From: Candidatus Latescibacterota bacterium
Lineage (GTDB): Bacteria; Latescibacterota; UBA2968; GCA-2709665
Length of the DNA stretch: 64,000 nt
Direction: 5' to 3'
NCBI GenBank assembly: GCA_963667175.2
Contig: CAXXXF010000018.1
Location: 224,001 to 288,000, forward strand
Every line of letters begins with the position of its first letter. Position 1 is the first letter of the stretch. Positions 29,201 to 39,324 of the stretch are shown piece by piece. Under the pieces are notes generated by a model. The model was not told the origin of the DNA, searched no databases, and worked only from the letters and a program-made list of their open reading frames with translations. The position numbers and the translations under genes are program-made.

Positions 29201-31568
29201 CAGAGTCAAGAATCCCGAGAAGCTGTTGGACCGGGCCCTCCTGTGGCTGCACGAACAGGAGGTCATACGACTCCACAAGGGCCTCGCGGTATTCCGTCAG
29301 GCGATGACGATCAGATTGACGGATGAGAGGCGAGGCTTCGCTGCGCCCGATTTCGAACCGCTGAGGCTCCATTACAAAGGCCAGGCCATGCAGATCCACG
29401 TCATGGCCGAATTCGCACAGCGCGGGCTCGAGAATATGGCCGACGCCGTACGAATGTCGATCGACTATTTCACACTCAAACAGGAAGATTTCCTTCGGCG
29501 GTGGCTGCCGGACAGGGGCAGAGAGATCCAGCGGGAAACCACACCCGAATCCTGGCGGGCAATCGTCGAGAGCCTGAAGAATCCAGTCCAGCAGCGCATC
29601 GTCGCGGACGATCGCGAGCAGGTGAACGTGCTGGTGCTGGCCGGGCCGGGGTCCGGGAAAACGCGGGTGCTGGTCCATCGCATCGCGTATCTCATCCGCG
29701 CAAGGCGGGAAAATCCTCGCGGCGTCCTCGCGCTGGCCTACAACCGGCACGCGGCAGTCGAAATCCGGAAACGCCTGAATGAATTGATCGGCAACGACGC
29801 CCGGGGGGTGACGGTGTTGACCTGTCACGCCCTGGCCATGCGTCTTGTCGGGGTGAGTTTCCAGGAACGCGAGCGGTGGCCGCTGGACGACGAGGCATTT
29901 CGGGAGGTCCTGCGCCAGGCGGTGAAACTGCTGCGCGGCGAAGGTCTGGAGCCCGAGGAAGCGGACGAGCAGCGGGAGCGGCTGCTCAGGGGATTCCGCT
30001 GGATCCTGGTGGACGAATACCAGGATATCGGCGCGGAACAGTATGAATTGATATCGGCGCTGGCCGGACGGACCCTGGAAGACGAGGATCGAAAACTCAC
30101 CCTGTTCGCAGTCGGCGACGACGATCAGAACATCTACGCATTCAGCGGCGCATCCGTGGAATTCATCCGACGATTCGAAGCGGATTACGGTCCGAGACCC
30201 ACGTACCTGATCGAAAACTATCGATCAACCGCCCACATCATCGAAGCGTCCAACACGTTGATCAAACCTGCCCGCCAACGTCTGAAGTCTGAATATCCCA
30301 TCCGCATCGACGGGGCGCGCAGGAAGAACCCGCCGGGCGGCGATTGGAACAGTTTGGACCCTGTCGCCGGTGGCCGCGTCCAGGTGCTGCCTTGTGTGAG
30401 AGATCCAATCTCGCAGGCGCAGGTTGCGATGGCGGAATTGCAGCGGCTCGCCGGACTGTCTGAGCATTGGGATTGGTCCGCCTGCGCGGTGATCGCGCGC
30501 GAGTGGAAATATCTGGATCCCGTGCGGGCATTCTGCGAAGTCAACGGTATTCCGGCGCAGATGGCGAACGAGGGAATCCCCAGCTTCTGGCGCCTGCGGG
30601 AGACCCGCGCCCTTGTAGAATGGCTGCGCGGCAGGGACGTTCGGCTGGTGGATGGTGCGGGCATACGTGAATGGTTGGACGCTCAGCCGAACGGTACCTG
30701 GACCGATCTGCTCTGGCAGGCCCTTGAAGAGCACGCCCTGGAAACCGGCGGCACGGAAGTGGCGGTGGACCACTTCATCGAGTGGCTGGCGGAGTGGGGG
30801 CGCGACGTTCGCCGCCGCCAGCGCGGGTTATTGTTGTCGACCGCACACCGCGCCAAGGGGCTGGAATTCGATCACATCGTGGTGCTGGACGGCGGCTGGG
30901 ACAGGGTCGATCGGGGCGAGGACCCCGACGCGCCACGCAGGCTCTACTACGTGGCGATGACACGGGCAAGGCAGACGCTTGCGCTCGTGCGCTTCCAGGA
31001 ATCGCGGCGAGCAGACGGCCCCTCGCGGTCAGATCTCGTACGAGAGCCCGCGCCACAGGCGTACGGAGAGCGACTCCACGCGCTGCCCTACAGGTTTCCC
31101 GCCAATGGATCAATCCTACACCGCGAGCCCGTCGCGGTCCCGGCGGACACCGTTGAACTCAGCCGTCAATATAGACGGCCGACGTTGCGCGAGGTCGATC
31201 TGGGATTTTCGGGGCGACGAACCGCCAGTCACCCGGTGCATCACGCGATCGCCGCGCTGTCAACCGGAGATTCGCTCAAGACGAGAATCAACCATAACGG
31301 ACGTTGGGAAATTCTGAACGGGTCGGAGACGGTGGTAGGACGACTTGCTGAGGTGTTTGAGCCGCCGCCTGGGATGCAATGCACATCCGCAACAGTCTAC
31401 GCGGTCGTTACCTGGAGCCGCGAGGCGACGGACCCGGATTACCAGAAGCTTGCAAAATGCGATACCTGGGAGGTTGTGGTGCCGGAACTGGTCTTCGAGC
31501 CGGTTAACGGCCAAAGGGATTGCGCGTCTTCAGTTCCGGGAACAACGAGAAATCACGATCCCGTGTGA
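26295..31568 (+). CDS. Exonuclease-like + RecQ (SF2) + UvrD (SF1) fusion helicase
   Basis: SIDLE/GHN...FD/VDTL (DEDD-like); LPTGTGKS, DEAH, AFGMGIDKPDVR, QEAGRAGRD (RecQ); AGPGSGKT, VDEYQD, VGDDDQNIY, HRAKGLEFD, YVAMTRA (UvrD). Start could be 26223. Confidence 0.88.
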   Translation: MDSGIPHRVASIDLEVDRQNGRIRAFAAVRSDRDQTLIFNRGNLATALRDLDDFINGVDFLLGHNLMGFDLPHLAAAKSSLRLLRLPAVDTLKLNPLAFPRNPYHCLVKHYQDPQLKQGRLNDPELDARLALELFRDQCDALEAVGGDNPELLLAWHWLATASGDRAKSDAFSENERIGCSGFFRALRRSHRPSGIEARTAIRGLLKGNACENHGQDVEQNVDHGDWPLAYALAWLSVAGGNSVMPPWVRHQFPEAGRFVRRLRDKPCGRQDCEWCGERHDPRKELNRWFGFDHFRPEPAGADGRPMQQSICEAAMAGDHVLGILPTGTGKSLCYQIPALSRYDKTGALTVVISPLVALMADQVAGLEASGITSCVAINGLLSMPERADALDRVRLGDAAIVLVSPEQLRSQSFRRVLDQREIGAWVLDEAHCLSRWGHDFRSDYRYIGRFIREKAGQESIPPLICLTATAKPDVVADVRQHFQDELGIQLRVFDGGAQRTNLDFVVVQTTEPEKFAHVHQILMADLPPETPGGAIVYCATQRQTEEAAQFLQLKEVEAEHFHAGLSPETKKDVQQRFIGSELRVITATNAFGMGIDKPDVRLVIHADIPGSLENYMQEAGRAGRDRKTARCVLLYTADDVERQFGMSARSRLTRREIHGVLRALRNLDRKKRLGGEVVATSGEILGEDDELVFERDSATDDTRVRTAVSWLEESVLLSREENRVQIFPSSLRVDTVKEASARFQRRRITEGYRRQLLRIVEALIDANPDEGISTDELMGVAGLSPEGVRGAMFDLERLGIATNDTALTAFVHAGVINHSRKRFEVAEELEVALIAHMREAAPDMYKGDSSTLHLRVASQKLRDADVVDPLPERLWRILRSIAADGRGEGGDAGSLGIRRRDGETVHVELRREWSDLQELASRRREGAKRLLDHLLASLPPGSRGTDLLAETTLGKLLDAITCDIVLKSRVKNPEKLLDRALLWLHEQEVIRLHKGLAVFRQAMTIRLTDERRGFAAPDFEPLRLHYKGQAMQIHVMAEFAQRGLENMADAVRMSIDYFTLKQEDFLRRWLPDRGREIQRETTPESWRAIVESLKNPVQQRIVADDREQVNVLVLAGPGSGKTRVLVHRIAYLIRARRENPRGVLALAYNRHAAVEIRKRLNELIGNDARGVTVLTCHALAMRLVGVSFQERERWPLDDEAFREVLRQAVKLLRGEGLEPEEADEQRERLLRGFRWILVDEYQDIGAEQYELISALAGRTLEDEDRKLTLFAVGDDDQNIYAFSGASVEFIRRFEADYGPRPTYLIENYRSTAHIIEASNTLIKPARQRLKSEYPIRIDGARRKNPPGGDWNSLDPVAGGRVQVLPCVRDPISQAQVAMAELQRLAGLSEHWDWSACAVIAREWKYLDPVRAFCEVNGIPAQMANEGIPSFWRLRETRALVEWLRGRDVRLVDGAGIREWLDAQPNGTWTDLLWQALEEHALETGGTEVAVDHFIEWLAEWGRDVRRRQRGLLLSTAHRAKGLEFDHIVVLDGGWDRVDRGEDPDAPRRLYYVAMTRARQTLALVRFQESRRADGPSRSDLVREPAPQAYGERLHALPYRFPANGSILHREPVAVPADTVELSRQYRRPTLREVDLGFSGRRTASHPVHHAIAALSTGDSLKTRINHNGRWEILNGSETVVGRLAEVFEPPPGMQCTSATVYAVVTWSREATDPDYQKLAKCDTWEVVVPELVFEPVNGQRDCASSVPGTTRNHDPV

Positions 31569-31941
31569 GCAGCGTGTCCACGCCGTGAACAAGGCAAATC
31601 GCAACCACCCGGGCGTCGTGTACGACTGCGCCGCGCACCCGTGGTCGCTGCACCAGACTGCCCAGCACGGTCGAGAAACCGCTTGTTTCACCAAGCAGTC
31701 GATTGCTCGGAGATAAGATCCATGCTTCAAGTTGTCGCCATGCGTTTTTTGGTGACGTGGCCGATTCATTCCAGATCCTCCGGTTCGTAACAACGCTGAG
31801 GAATTCATAACAGCAGGGCCAGGGTATCGCCCATATTCGCTCTCCTTCGCTGAGTTCCCTCAGTACGGCAGATGCCGTTTCATATTCACGCGATTCCTTG
31901 CGGTGCGCGTAGACAAGCAGATTCGTATCAACGGCAGTCAC
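31504..31941 (-). CDS. vapC: VapC-family PIN-domain toxin
   Basis: VDTNLLVYA, YEF, HDARVVA and TRDRDF motifs. GTGA overlap with the antitoxin. Confidence 0.9.
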   Translation of the reverse strand: MTAVDTNLLVYAHRKESREYETASAVLRELSEGERIWAIPWPCCYEFLSVVTNRRIWNESATSPKNAWRQLEAWILSPSNRLLGETSGFSTVLGSLVQRPRVRGAVVHDARVVAICLVHGVDTLLTRDRDFSLFPELKTRNPFGR

Positions 31942-32186
31942 CTGGTATCCACGTCTCCATAGATGATTTCGCGCAGATCCTGCCACGAGTAGGATTCTAA
32001 CGGATCGGACGAACTCGGATTGCCCGTACTTAAATCAGGAAGCCGGTATTGAGTTCGATGCTTCGGTCCTGCGAGTACCTCTCTCAGTCCCTCTTCTACC
32101 ACAGCGCGTAATGTCCGCCCCGACTTCCTCGCGTACAGTTTTGCTCTCGCCAGCAGTTCGTCTTGAATATCAATCGTTGTTTTCAT
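31938..32186 (-). CDS. vapB: VapB-family (RHH) antitoxin
   Basis: MKTTIDIQDELL...TLRAVVEEGLR; directly upstream of the PIN toxin. Confidence 0.85.
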   Translation of the reverse strand: MKTTIDIQDELLARAKLYARKSGRTLRAVVEEGLREVLAGPKHRTQYRLPDLSTGNPSSSDPLESYSWQDLREIIYGDVDTR

Positions 32187-32417
32187 AATTCCCATATTAG
32201 CCATATAATACTATACAGTCAAGCAATAAAATCAGAAATTCGGTCGAAACCACCTACGTCCACTGTTACGTAACCACCTACCGAAAGATGCGATTCGATG
32301 ATCGTCTCGCCGCGCCGCTGTGAACTCACTGTTCAGCAGAAACGCCGCACCCTTCGCGGCATTCGCCCGCCATCGTTCAATCCTGCTTTTACAGGTCCGT
32401 CGTCAAAACCAAAAATA

Positions 32418-32486
32418 TCAATGACCTATGTAGACAGATTCGAGCCAGACTTCGCTTTTTCTGGTATCCAGGAGAAATCGGGACAT
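32418..32486 (-). pseudogene. Truncated remnant of a second PIN toxin
   Basis: Hand translation MSRFLLDTRKSEVWLESVYIGH*. Only the xxLLDT start is PIN-like; it begins 11 nt after the previous stop. Confidence 0.4.
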
Positions 32487-32497
32487 GATCGTTAGGT

Positions 32498-32914
32498 TCA
32501 ATCGAGCTGGTCGAGGAGTTGCTTGATCTGTTCATCTCCAGGCCAGGCCCCGGCGAGTTGAATCGGGTCGAACAGTTCCGCTTCCTTTCGGATAACAGAA
32601 AGCAGGTCCTGAGAATCCTCTACGTCGATCGTTGGCATTTCTTCGAAGACGTCATCGCCTCTTTGACGAATTCTGATCCGGCGAGCTTCGATAAATCGTG
32701 GTTTCCCATTATCCGTGAAGTGCGCAATACCCTCGACAGTCGTGTGTTTTCCCCACAAGGGCCCCAACGCCTCCGCATCCATTGACATCGGGTCTACACG
32801 TCCGAACAGCGCTGCGCTCTGTCCCACCACAAGGCGAAAACGGCCATTGCCCTGTTCGTTCTCCTCAAGCCTACCACAAACGATAAACGCTCTTGGTTCT
32901 GGGATGTCACTCAT
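32498..32914 (-). CDS. Hypothetical protein, probably the C-terminal fragment of a larger gene (OB-fold-like plus WPGDE tail)
   Basis: IVCGRLEE...GRFRL...TVEGIAHF beta-rich pattern; see the finding on the split gene. Confidence 0.55.
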   Translation of the reverse strand: MSDIPEPRAFIVCGRLEENEQGNGRFRLVVGQSAALFGRVDPMSMDAEALGPLWGKHTTVEGIAHFTDNGKPRFIEARRIRIRQRGDDVFEEMPTIDVEDSQDLLSVIRKEAELFDPIQLAGAWPGDEQIKQLLDQLD

Positions 32915-33036
32915 CGGACTATCTCCGTGAAGACGTCATGTGAAGGTCAGTTGTTCCAACAATTCTTATCCCGCCAGGGGCAGTGCGGCAGAAAGAACAG
33001 CGTTCCACTGTCCAACTATTTCCGATGAAATGGAGA

Positions 33037-36000
33037 TTATCCTATGACTTCCAAGAGTTCCGCTACGACCTGAAGCTCTCCCTCGTCCCTCTCCTTCAGC
33101 ACGATGGGTTGGAATTCTGGATTGTTGGGCCGGAGCGTAATGACGTCGTGCCGCCAGGATTCGCCGTATGGGATCTTCTCGCTGTGATAACGCTTGATGG
33201 TGTAGCGTTGGCCGGTTTCGGGATCGGGTGTGTCGCTCAGCTGAACCAGGACCGTCTTTCCCTGACGCGTTCCCTCGACGGGTGCACGAAATAAGCCATA
33301 CGCTCCGTCCGGGACCGCGGGTTCCATTGATCGCCCCACGATTTGCGCGACAAACATGCCCGGCCGTAGACGATAGCGAGAGTCCACGGATGCCCATTCG
33401 AATTCGCCGTCCTCGACGTGCTGCGGAGCGCCGAACGCGCCGGCGGCGGCTCTTAGCGGAACGAATGGTACACAGGTAACGTATCGTTCCTCGGGGCGGC
33501 CTTCGACCAGTCGCAGTGCGGCCGGGAATCCGTGATCTGTCACTGTTTCATCCGTTACGGCCGATTCGGTACGCAGCCGCTGATAGGCTTCGGTAGTCAT
33601 CCACTCGCGGACAGTGTGTTGGAACGAGTCGTCGTTCATATATCGCTGAAAGATCGCCTCGTTCTGATCCATGCGTTCGACGAAGATTTGATCCAACAGA
33701 CTTCTGAACACCAGTTCGAATTTGTCCTCGGGATTTACCGCTGCCGCCTGACGCATGCCATCGTCGGCAACTGCGGCCTCAACGATGTGATCGAAGAAGA
33801 GCTGGTCGGCTTGATTGAAGTCGGTCCCAAAGCGTTCGTTAACGACGTCGATCAGTTGGGAAAGCGGGACGGATTCTTCGTGTACTTCCCCGGCGCCGAC
33901 CTCTGTCGGGCCATCAAGGGCGTGCGCCTCGCCCTCCCCAAGCGAAATCGAGCCTTCGCTGATCTTCTGCAGCCGGTAGTACTCAAGCCGTACGTCATCG
34001 TCGAACTGATAGCCCGGCCCGCTACTGCGTTTCCGCAGCCTTCGCGTCAGATGTCTCAAGAACACGTGCAGGCGTTCCAGGTCCGAGTCCTGGTATGGTA
34101 TGATCTGGCTCAGAAAACCGTAGAGATTTCGGAATGCCTGAAATTGTCCGCGCAGGAGTTCCGCCGCGTCCTCGTCTTCTTCCAACCGTTTATTAAAGCG
34201 TCCAATTGCGGGATCAAGCGCGGCGTTCATCTCCTTGTGGTCTTGCACGGTCTGACGCTGCTTTGGCTTGAAATAAACGGCACAGAACAGTTCGACTTCA
34301 TCTTCCAGATAGATCCCTGACGCGTCAAGTTCGCCTTTGACCTCATACATTCGATGAGGATCTACTTCTTCTCCCATCTCCGAGCCTTCGTAGTAGACCT
34401 TAAACGCCTCCTGAATCTCCTCTCGATCGTTGACGAAGTCCAGGACGAATGTGTCCTCTTTGAGCGGATGGGTGCGATTGAGTCGCGAGAGCGTCTGAAC
34501 GGCATGAATGCCCGCGAGTCGTTTGTCAACGTACATCGTATGCAGTAACGGCTGATCGAAACCAGTTTGGTATTTCTCCGCCACCAGCAGTACCTGATAT
34601 TCCTGTGTGGCGAACTTTTCTGGGAGCTCCTTTTCACGGATGCCCTGGTTCATCTTTGCTTCCGTGTACTCGACGTCCGGTAGTTTGTCGTCTTGCACGG
34701 AACCCGAGAACGCGACAAGCGTCTTGATTGGATATTGCTTCTGCTCGATATAACGATCAAAGCTCTGCTTGTATCGCACCGCTTTGAGGCGCGAGTCTGT
34801 CACCACCATGGCCTTGGCCCGGCCGCCGATTTTGTGTCGCGTGACGGTCTGGAAATGCTCCACCATCACTTCGGTTTTCTGCGCGATGTTGTATGGATGC
34901 AGCTGCATAAAGCGAGCCAGCGCGCGCGCCGCCTGTTTCCGCTCCACGTTTGGATCGTCTTCGCGGGCCTTGAGGAGTTTGAAGTAGGTCGCGTAGGTCG
35001 TGTAATGCTCAAGCACGTCGAGGATGAATCCTTCCTCGATTGCCTGCCGCATCGTGTACTTGTGAAATTGCTCGCCGTCGCGGCCGAACACCGCAAGCGT
35101 CCTGTGTTTGGGCGTTGCCGTAAACGCAAAGAAACTCAGGTTCGCCTGCCTGCCGCGCCTGGCCATGCTGCGGAATAATTCTTCAAGATCCTCGCTCCCC
35201 GCTTCCTCAGCCTGTCTGCGTGCCTCCTCCCGCAGATCTTCTCCGCCCAGGACCTCCCTGAGATGGGTCGAGGTCTCTCCACCCTGCGAACTGTGCGCTT
35301 CGTCGACGATGACTGCACAGCGCCGCGAAGGAAGCGCGCCGGACCCCGATTCGCCTCTTTCGTCGGCCATCTTGAGCAGATGTTGTGAAACGAAAGGGAA
35401 TTTCTGAAGTGTGGTGATGATGATCGGGACCGCGTTCTCAAGGGCTTCAGCGAGTTGTCGAGACCGTTCGTCGATCTTCCGGACGACGCCATGCTTGTGT
35501 TCAAACTGGTAGATCGTGTCTTGTAGTTGCTGATCCAGGACGACGCGGTCAGTCACCACGATCACGCTATCGAAGACGCGCTCACTGTCTGTATCGTGCA
35601 GGGAAGCCAGGCGGTGCGCAAGCCAGCCGATGGTATTGCTCTTGCCGCTGCCCGCTGAGTGTTCGATGAGGTAGCTGTTCCCGACACCCTCGTCGCGAGC
35701 CGCTTTCACCAATTTCCGGACGGCATCGAGTTGGTGATAGCGCGGGAAAATCATCGACTCGACCTTAACCTTTCCGCCCATGTCGTCTCGTTTTTCCTCG
35801 GTCTGCAGATGGATATAGCGCGCGAGAACGTCGAGCAGGCTGTCGCGCTCTAACACTTCCTCCCAGAGGTATGCCGTCCGATAGTTCCGTCCGTTCGGAT
35901 CGGGTGGGTTGCCGGCCCCGTCGTCATTCCCTTTGTCGAACGGCAGGAAATGGGTCGCGTCGCCCGCCAATCGGGTGGTCATGCGGACACACTCGGTGTC

Positions 36001-36579
36001 CACCGCGAAATGTACGAGCGTCCGGCGTTTGAATTCGAAGATCGGCGCGCGGGGGTCTCGGTCACGTCGGTACTGACCGATCGCGTCCTCGACGGTCTGT
36101 CGCGTGAGCGGGTTCTTGAGTTCCACCGTAGCGACGGGGATGCCGTTCAGACAAACCGTCAGGTCGAGAGACTTCTCAGATCTGGGAGAATAATGAAGTT
36201 GGCGGGTGAGACCGAGCCGGTTGGCGGCGTAGCGGGCTTCGAGTTCCGGATTCAACTCATGAGCGGCCTTGAAGAATGCGGGATACAGCGTCCGTCCGTA
36301 GCACTTGAACCCGTGGCGCAACGTAGCGAGCGATCCGTTCGCGTCCATCCACTTGCACAGGTCATTGATAACCTGCTCACCGGTTCGATCGCCGTGAAGC
36401 GCCTCCAGCCTGGCCCATTCTTTGGATTGAGTGTCGCGGATGAACGCCAGCACCGCGTCCGGAAAGATCGCCCGGTCCCGGTCGAAACCTCCTGCGGCGA
36501 CGGTTACGTAGCCGTTCGCCAGAAGATGGGTTTCGATTACTGTTTCGAAGGCGGCTTCAGTGTGGCGGGAGTCGTTCAC
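33037..36579 (-). CDS. hsdR: Type I restriction enzyme R subunit with a C-terminal S24 peptidase-like domain
   Basis: NGIP...ELKN nuclease motif, [37 protein letters not shown]-terminus AAAG...GRSMEP...TIKRY. Confidence 0.93.
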   Translation of the reverse strand: MNDSRHTEAAFETVIETHLLANGYVTVAAGGFDRDRAIFPDAVLAFIRDTQSKEWARLEALHGDRTGEQVINDLCKWMDANGSLATLRHGFKCYGRTLYPAFFKAAHELNPELEARYAANRLGLTRQLHYSPRSEKSLDLTVCLNGIPVATVELKNPLTRQTVEDAIGQYRRDRDPRAPIFEFKRRTLVHFAVDTECVRMTTRLAGDATHFLPFDKGNDDGAGNPPDPNGRNYRTAYLWEEVLERDSLLDVLARYIHLQTEEKRDDMGGKVKVESMIFPRYHQLDAVRKLVKAARDEGVGNSYLIEHSAGSGKSNTIGWLAHRLASLHDTDSERVFDSVIVVTDRVVLDQQLQDTIYQFEHKHGVVRKIDERSRQLAEALENAVPIIITTLQKFPFVSQHLLKMADERGESGSGALPSRRCAVIVDEAHSSQGGETSTHLREVLGGEDLREEARRQAEEAGSEDLEELFRSMARRGRQANLSFFAFTATPKHRTLAVFGRDGEQFHKYTMRQAIEEGFILDVLEHYTTYATYFKLLKAREDDPNVERKQAARALARFMQLHPYNIAQKTEVMVEHFQTVTRHKIGGRAKAMVVTDSRLKAVRYKQSFDRYIEQKQYPIKTLVAFSGSVQDDKLPDVEYTEAKMNQGIREKELPEKFATQEYQVLLVAEKYQTGFDQPLLHTMYVDKRLAGIHAVQTLSRLNRTHPLKEDTFVLDFVNDREEIQEAFKVYYEGSEMGEEVDPHRMYEVKGELDASGIYLEDEVELFCAVYFKPKQRQTVQDHKEMNAALDPAIGRFNKRLEEDEDAAELLRGQFQAFRNLYGFLSQIIPYQDSDLERLHVFLRHLTRRLRKRSSGPGYQFDDDVRLEYYRLQKISEGSISLGEGEAHALDGPTEVGAGEVHEESVPLSQLIDVVNERFGTDFNQADQLFFDHIVEAAVADDGMRQAAAVNPEDKFELVFRSLLDQIFVERMDQNEAIFQRYMNDDSFQHTVREWMTTEAYQRLRTESAVTDETVTDHGFPAALRLVEGRPEERYVTCVPFVPLRAAAGAFGAPQHVEDGEFEWASVDSRYRLRPGMFVAQIVGRSMEPAVPDGAYGLFRAPVEGTRQGKTVLVQLSDTPDPETGQRYTIKRYHSEKIPYGESWRHDVITLRPNNPEFQPIVLKERDEGELQVVAELLEVIG

Positions 36580-36709
36580 GCGGGATTATCCATCCTACAG
36601 GCCCGATTTGACAGACAGACCACAAACACAAATGCGGCTGGAGGTGTACATGCAAAGTCGACTATCGTCAAAAAACAGTACAAGGCTGAGAGCGCACCCA
36701 CAGCAAATA

Positions 36710-37843
36710 TCATACAGGTTCATGTCGGTTTAGATAGAGAATCCGTCTTTCCCGTCCCCCGATAGCGACTTCCTCTATTTCCTCATCGCAATAGAATCTG
36801 TAACGCTCGCCGACCGTCAAACCATCTAAACTTGGCCCCCCTTCCATAACCTTGCCCAGACGTTTTCCTTCGTTCGTGAGCAATCCCCAATACCCGCTTC
36901 CACGGTCAAATCTCTCGAAGGTTCCCTCCAGCGTTACTGATTCGCTTCCCAGATTCGTCACACTCGAAAGCGCTTTCACTAAAAGGCCTGCCTCGGACTG
37001 AGAAACCGCGCGGCTGATTGGGCGGTCTGATTTCGGTTCGGCCCACGAGTAGCGCAGCCCCGTTTTTCGTTCAACCAGAAAACGCAAGAGCTTCAGGTAT
37101 GTCCCTGCCAGGCGCCCACGTTGTTCCTTGACGGTGAGAAGTGTTTTCTGTGGGGTCGCGGTATCCTCAAATAGCATATCGATTCGCCGTAGCGCTCTCG
37201 CAAGTTTACTGCCTCCGAAGAAATCCGGCATGCTCGCTGCTTCAAGGACAATCTGAAACGATCCGGCTGCCGCTGGAACAACGACGTCCATCATGTCTTC
37301 ATCGGGCTGCCGATAGCGAGGATCGTCTCCCTTCATCTCCGCTCTGTAAGCGTGTTTGACCATTCCCTGAACCAGATTCAACATCCCTGCGAGCGTATTC
37401 GCTCGGATACGATGTTGCATCGACGCCTCTGGCGGCTCAGCGGCGACCTCAAGTACGAGGTTGTTGCGTTCCCGGGCTTCCCTGAGCACAGAATCGTCTG
37501 AAGGGTGGTCGTGTAACACAAAACCGGCATCTGGAAGAAATCCACTATCCATGAGGGTAGTAGACAGACTATAAAGCTCCAGTGGATGATTCAGGTCGGT
37601 ATCCACTGTCGCCAGATACCGCTCCTCATCGTCCGAATGGATCAGCAACGAACGCAGATCGAGTGCACCTGAACGGAATTTCCGCAATCGCTCGGGAGCG
37701 ACACCGGCTACGAGAAAACGTCCGTTCTTATCTTCGGCGTCGACACCGACTGCGATATAGCACCCGCCGATGGCGTCGCGCGCCTCGAAAATCTGCGGCC
37801 CGTCGTAATAGAAAAGCGTCCTCGTGTGTCGGATCTCTTTCAT
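36710..37843 (-). CDS. DUF6575-like hypothetical protein
   Basis: N-terminal LFYYDGPQIF...YIAV pattern recalled from DUF6575; ATGA-coupled to the upstream ORF. Confidence 0.55.
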   Translation of the reverse strand: MKEIRHTRTLFYYDGPQIFEARDAIGGCYIAVGVDAEDKNGRFLVAGVAPERLRKFRSGALDLRSLLIHSDDEERYLATVDTDLNHPLELYSLSTTLMDSGFLPDAGFVLHDHPSDDSVLREARERNNLVLEVAAEPPEASMQHRIRANTLAGMLNLVQGMVKHAYRAEMKGDDPRYRQPDEDMMDVVVPAAAGSFQIVLEAASMPDFFGGSKLARALRRIDMLFEDTATPQKTLLTVKEQRGRLAGTYLKLLRFLVERKTGLRYSWAEPKSDRPISRAVSQSEAGLLVKALSSVTNLGSESVTLEGTFERFDRGSGYWGLLTNEGKRLGKVMEGGPSLDGLTVGERYRFYCDEEIEEVAIGGRERRILYLNRHEPV

Positions 37844-38217
37844 GGAGTTTCCACGACACAGTGCGCCAAAATGTCGAAATCTGCCAGCGGCCACCAGGTG
37901 TGATGTGAGCGCTGACCTGTCTGTTGAATGGCGCCCGCGCCATTTTCGAGTATTACTCGGCAGATTAAACGTCCGCGTAGGCTCGGGATCTTCAATGCCT
38001 TTTGGGAATCGCCTCGTTCAGCAAAAACAGAGAGTCCCCTGGCCTGGCACTCGGAGATCTTACCGAAGTCTCGGTCCGGTTTTTCAGCTCGCTGGGATGC
38101 GAAGTCCTCCTCCGCCGGTGGGGCGGTCCGCACCAATCGAAATACCACTCGCGTTGCTATAATGGCTTCTGCCGCATCAGGTGGGCACCCTTCAGGCAAC
38201 GGCTCTCGGTAATTCAT
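37840..38217 (-). CDS. Small hypothetical protein, possible ART/Tse2-like fold
   Basis: LPEGCPP, VFRLV, DFASQ, CQARGLSVF and HHTWW; coupled to the downstream gene. Confidence 0.55.
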   Translation of the reverse strand: MNYREPLPEGCPPDAAEAIIATRVVFRLVRTAPPAEEDFASQRAEKPDRDFGKISECQARGLSVFAERGDSQKALKIPSLRGRLICRVILENGAGAIQQTGQRSHHTWWPLADFDILAHCVVETP

Positions 38218-38257
38218 AGGCTGGCAGAGATGACTTGGCCTGGGCGTTCAAGACAAT

Positions 38258-38350
38258 GGCGCCCTGGATGTCGATCTATCCGGTCACCGAGGCAGTTATG
38301 AGCGCGCAGTGCTGTACATTGATCAGTGCAATGGTATTGTTCGCGATGGC
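38258..38350 (-). pseudogene. hsdS: Relic 3' end of an hsdS gene
   Basis: Hand translation AIANNTIALINVQHCALITASVTG*IDIQGA aligns without gaps to the intact HsdS end SVVKNAISLIKERRSALISAAITGRLDIGNV. Confidence 0.7.
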
Positions 38351-38361
38351 TCAGCGAGGGC

Positions 38362-38633
38362 GAGCCGTTCGCGTCCATCCAGAGGCAAGGGTTCGAGAAA
38401 ATCTGCCATCCCGTTCGATCGCCGTGAAGCGCCTCCAACTTGGCCCAGTCTTTGGGTTGCGTATCACGAATGAACGCCAGCACCGCGTCAGGAAAGATCG
38501 CGCGTTCCCGATCGAAGCCATCTCCGGCGACCGAGACGTAACCATTCACCAGAAGATGCGCCTCAATGGCGGTTTCGAAGGCGGCTTCGGAATGTCTGTC
38601 TTCTCTCGGAAAGTTATCTGTCTCTCCGTGCAA
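38362..38633 (-). pseudogene. hsdR: Relic 5' end (~75 codons) of an hsdR gene
   Basis: HSEAAFETAIEAHLLVNGY...WMDANGS versus intact [19 protein letters not shown]...WMDANGS; similarity then stops abruptly. Confidence 0.88.
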
Positions 38634-39324
38634 ATCGCTTGCGCTGACGGTGTTTCGTGAGGGCGTCCATATGCTCTGTCAGACCGCCTCGTATTGCAAC
38701 GCAAAACTCGTTGAAGCTACCATTCCCTTTACGGTCGCAAATCGTGTCGCGCACACGTTGCGCTTTGGTATAAGACAAGGGTGCATTCCCCGTCGGTCCG
38801 TAGATGAATTCCTCAATAACGCGCTTTCGGTCTTCGGTAAGACTCCTGTGATCGAGACCAAGGACGTTAATGGTCGTTACGGCTTCGTTTCGATTGTTAA
38901 CTGCCTCAATCTCACCATTAAGCTCGAATCGAAAGACCTGTTCGCAGGCAGGCTGAAGTGGAGAAACGAATTCGGCGCCATCGTTATCCCACCAATTGTT
39001 CTTAAGTTGCGCGCCATAGCGACATTTTGCCTTCATACCTTCTCGTGGGAAACACGCTACCAGATTGGTGTAGTCCAGGTCAGATCCAGGCAGTTCCGCC
39101 CGGCAGCGACTCTGTGGCTTGATATGCTCGACATGCGATGAACTGCTGTCGATTCGACGCATCGTATAGGCACACAACCCGCCCTGGTCTGCAACCATAG
39201 TCTTCAATATCTGATCCTTCAGAGTCGAAGGCGCCTCGCGCCAATCAGATTTATTCGTTCCCTCAACTTCAGTGCACCACACGGAGTAGGAGTGCGGGCA
39301 CCCGGATTTCTGGACGTGCTTCAT
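38614..39324 (-). CDS. HNH endonuclease, TIGR02646/PtuB-like
   Basis: DQGGLCAY, HVEHIKPQS, DYTNLVAC and TINVLGLD motifs; coupled to the AAA ATPase. Confidence 0.85.
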   Translation of the reverse strand: MKHVQKSGCPHSYSVWCTEVEGTNKSDWREAPSTLKDQILKTMVADQGGLCAYTMRRIDSSSSHVEHIKPQSRCRAELPGSDLDYTNLVACFPREGMKAKCRYGAQLKNNWWDNDGAEFVSPLQPACEQVFRFELNGEIEAVNNRNEAVTTINVLGLDHRSLTEDRKRVIEEFIYGPTGNAPLSYTKAQRVRDTICDRKGNGSFNEFCVAIRGGLTEHMDALTKHRQRKRFARRDR

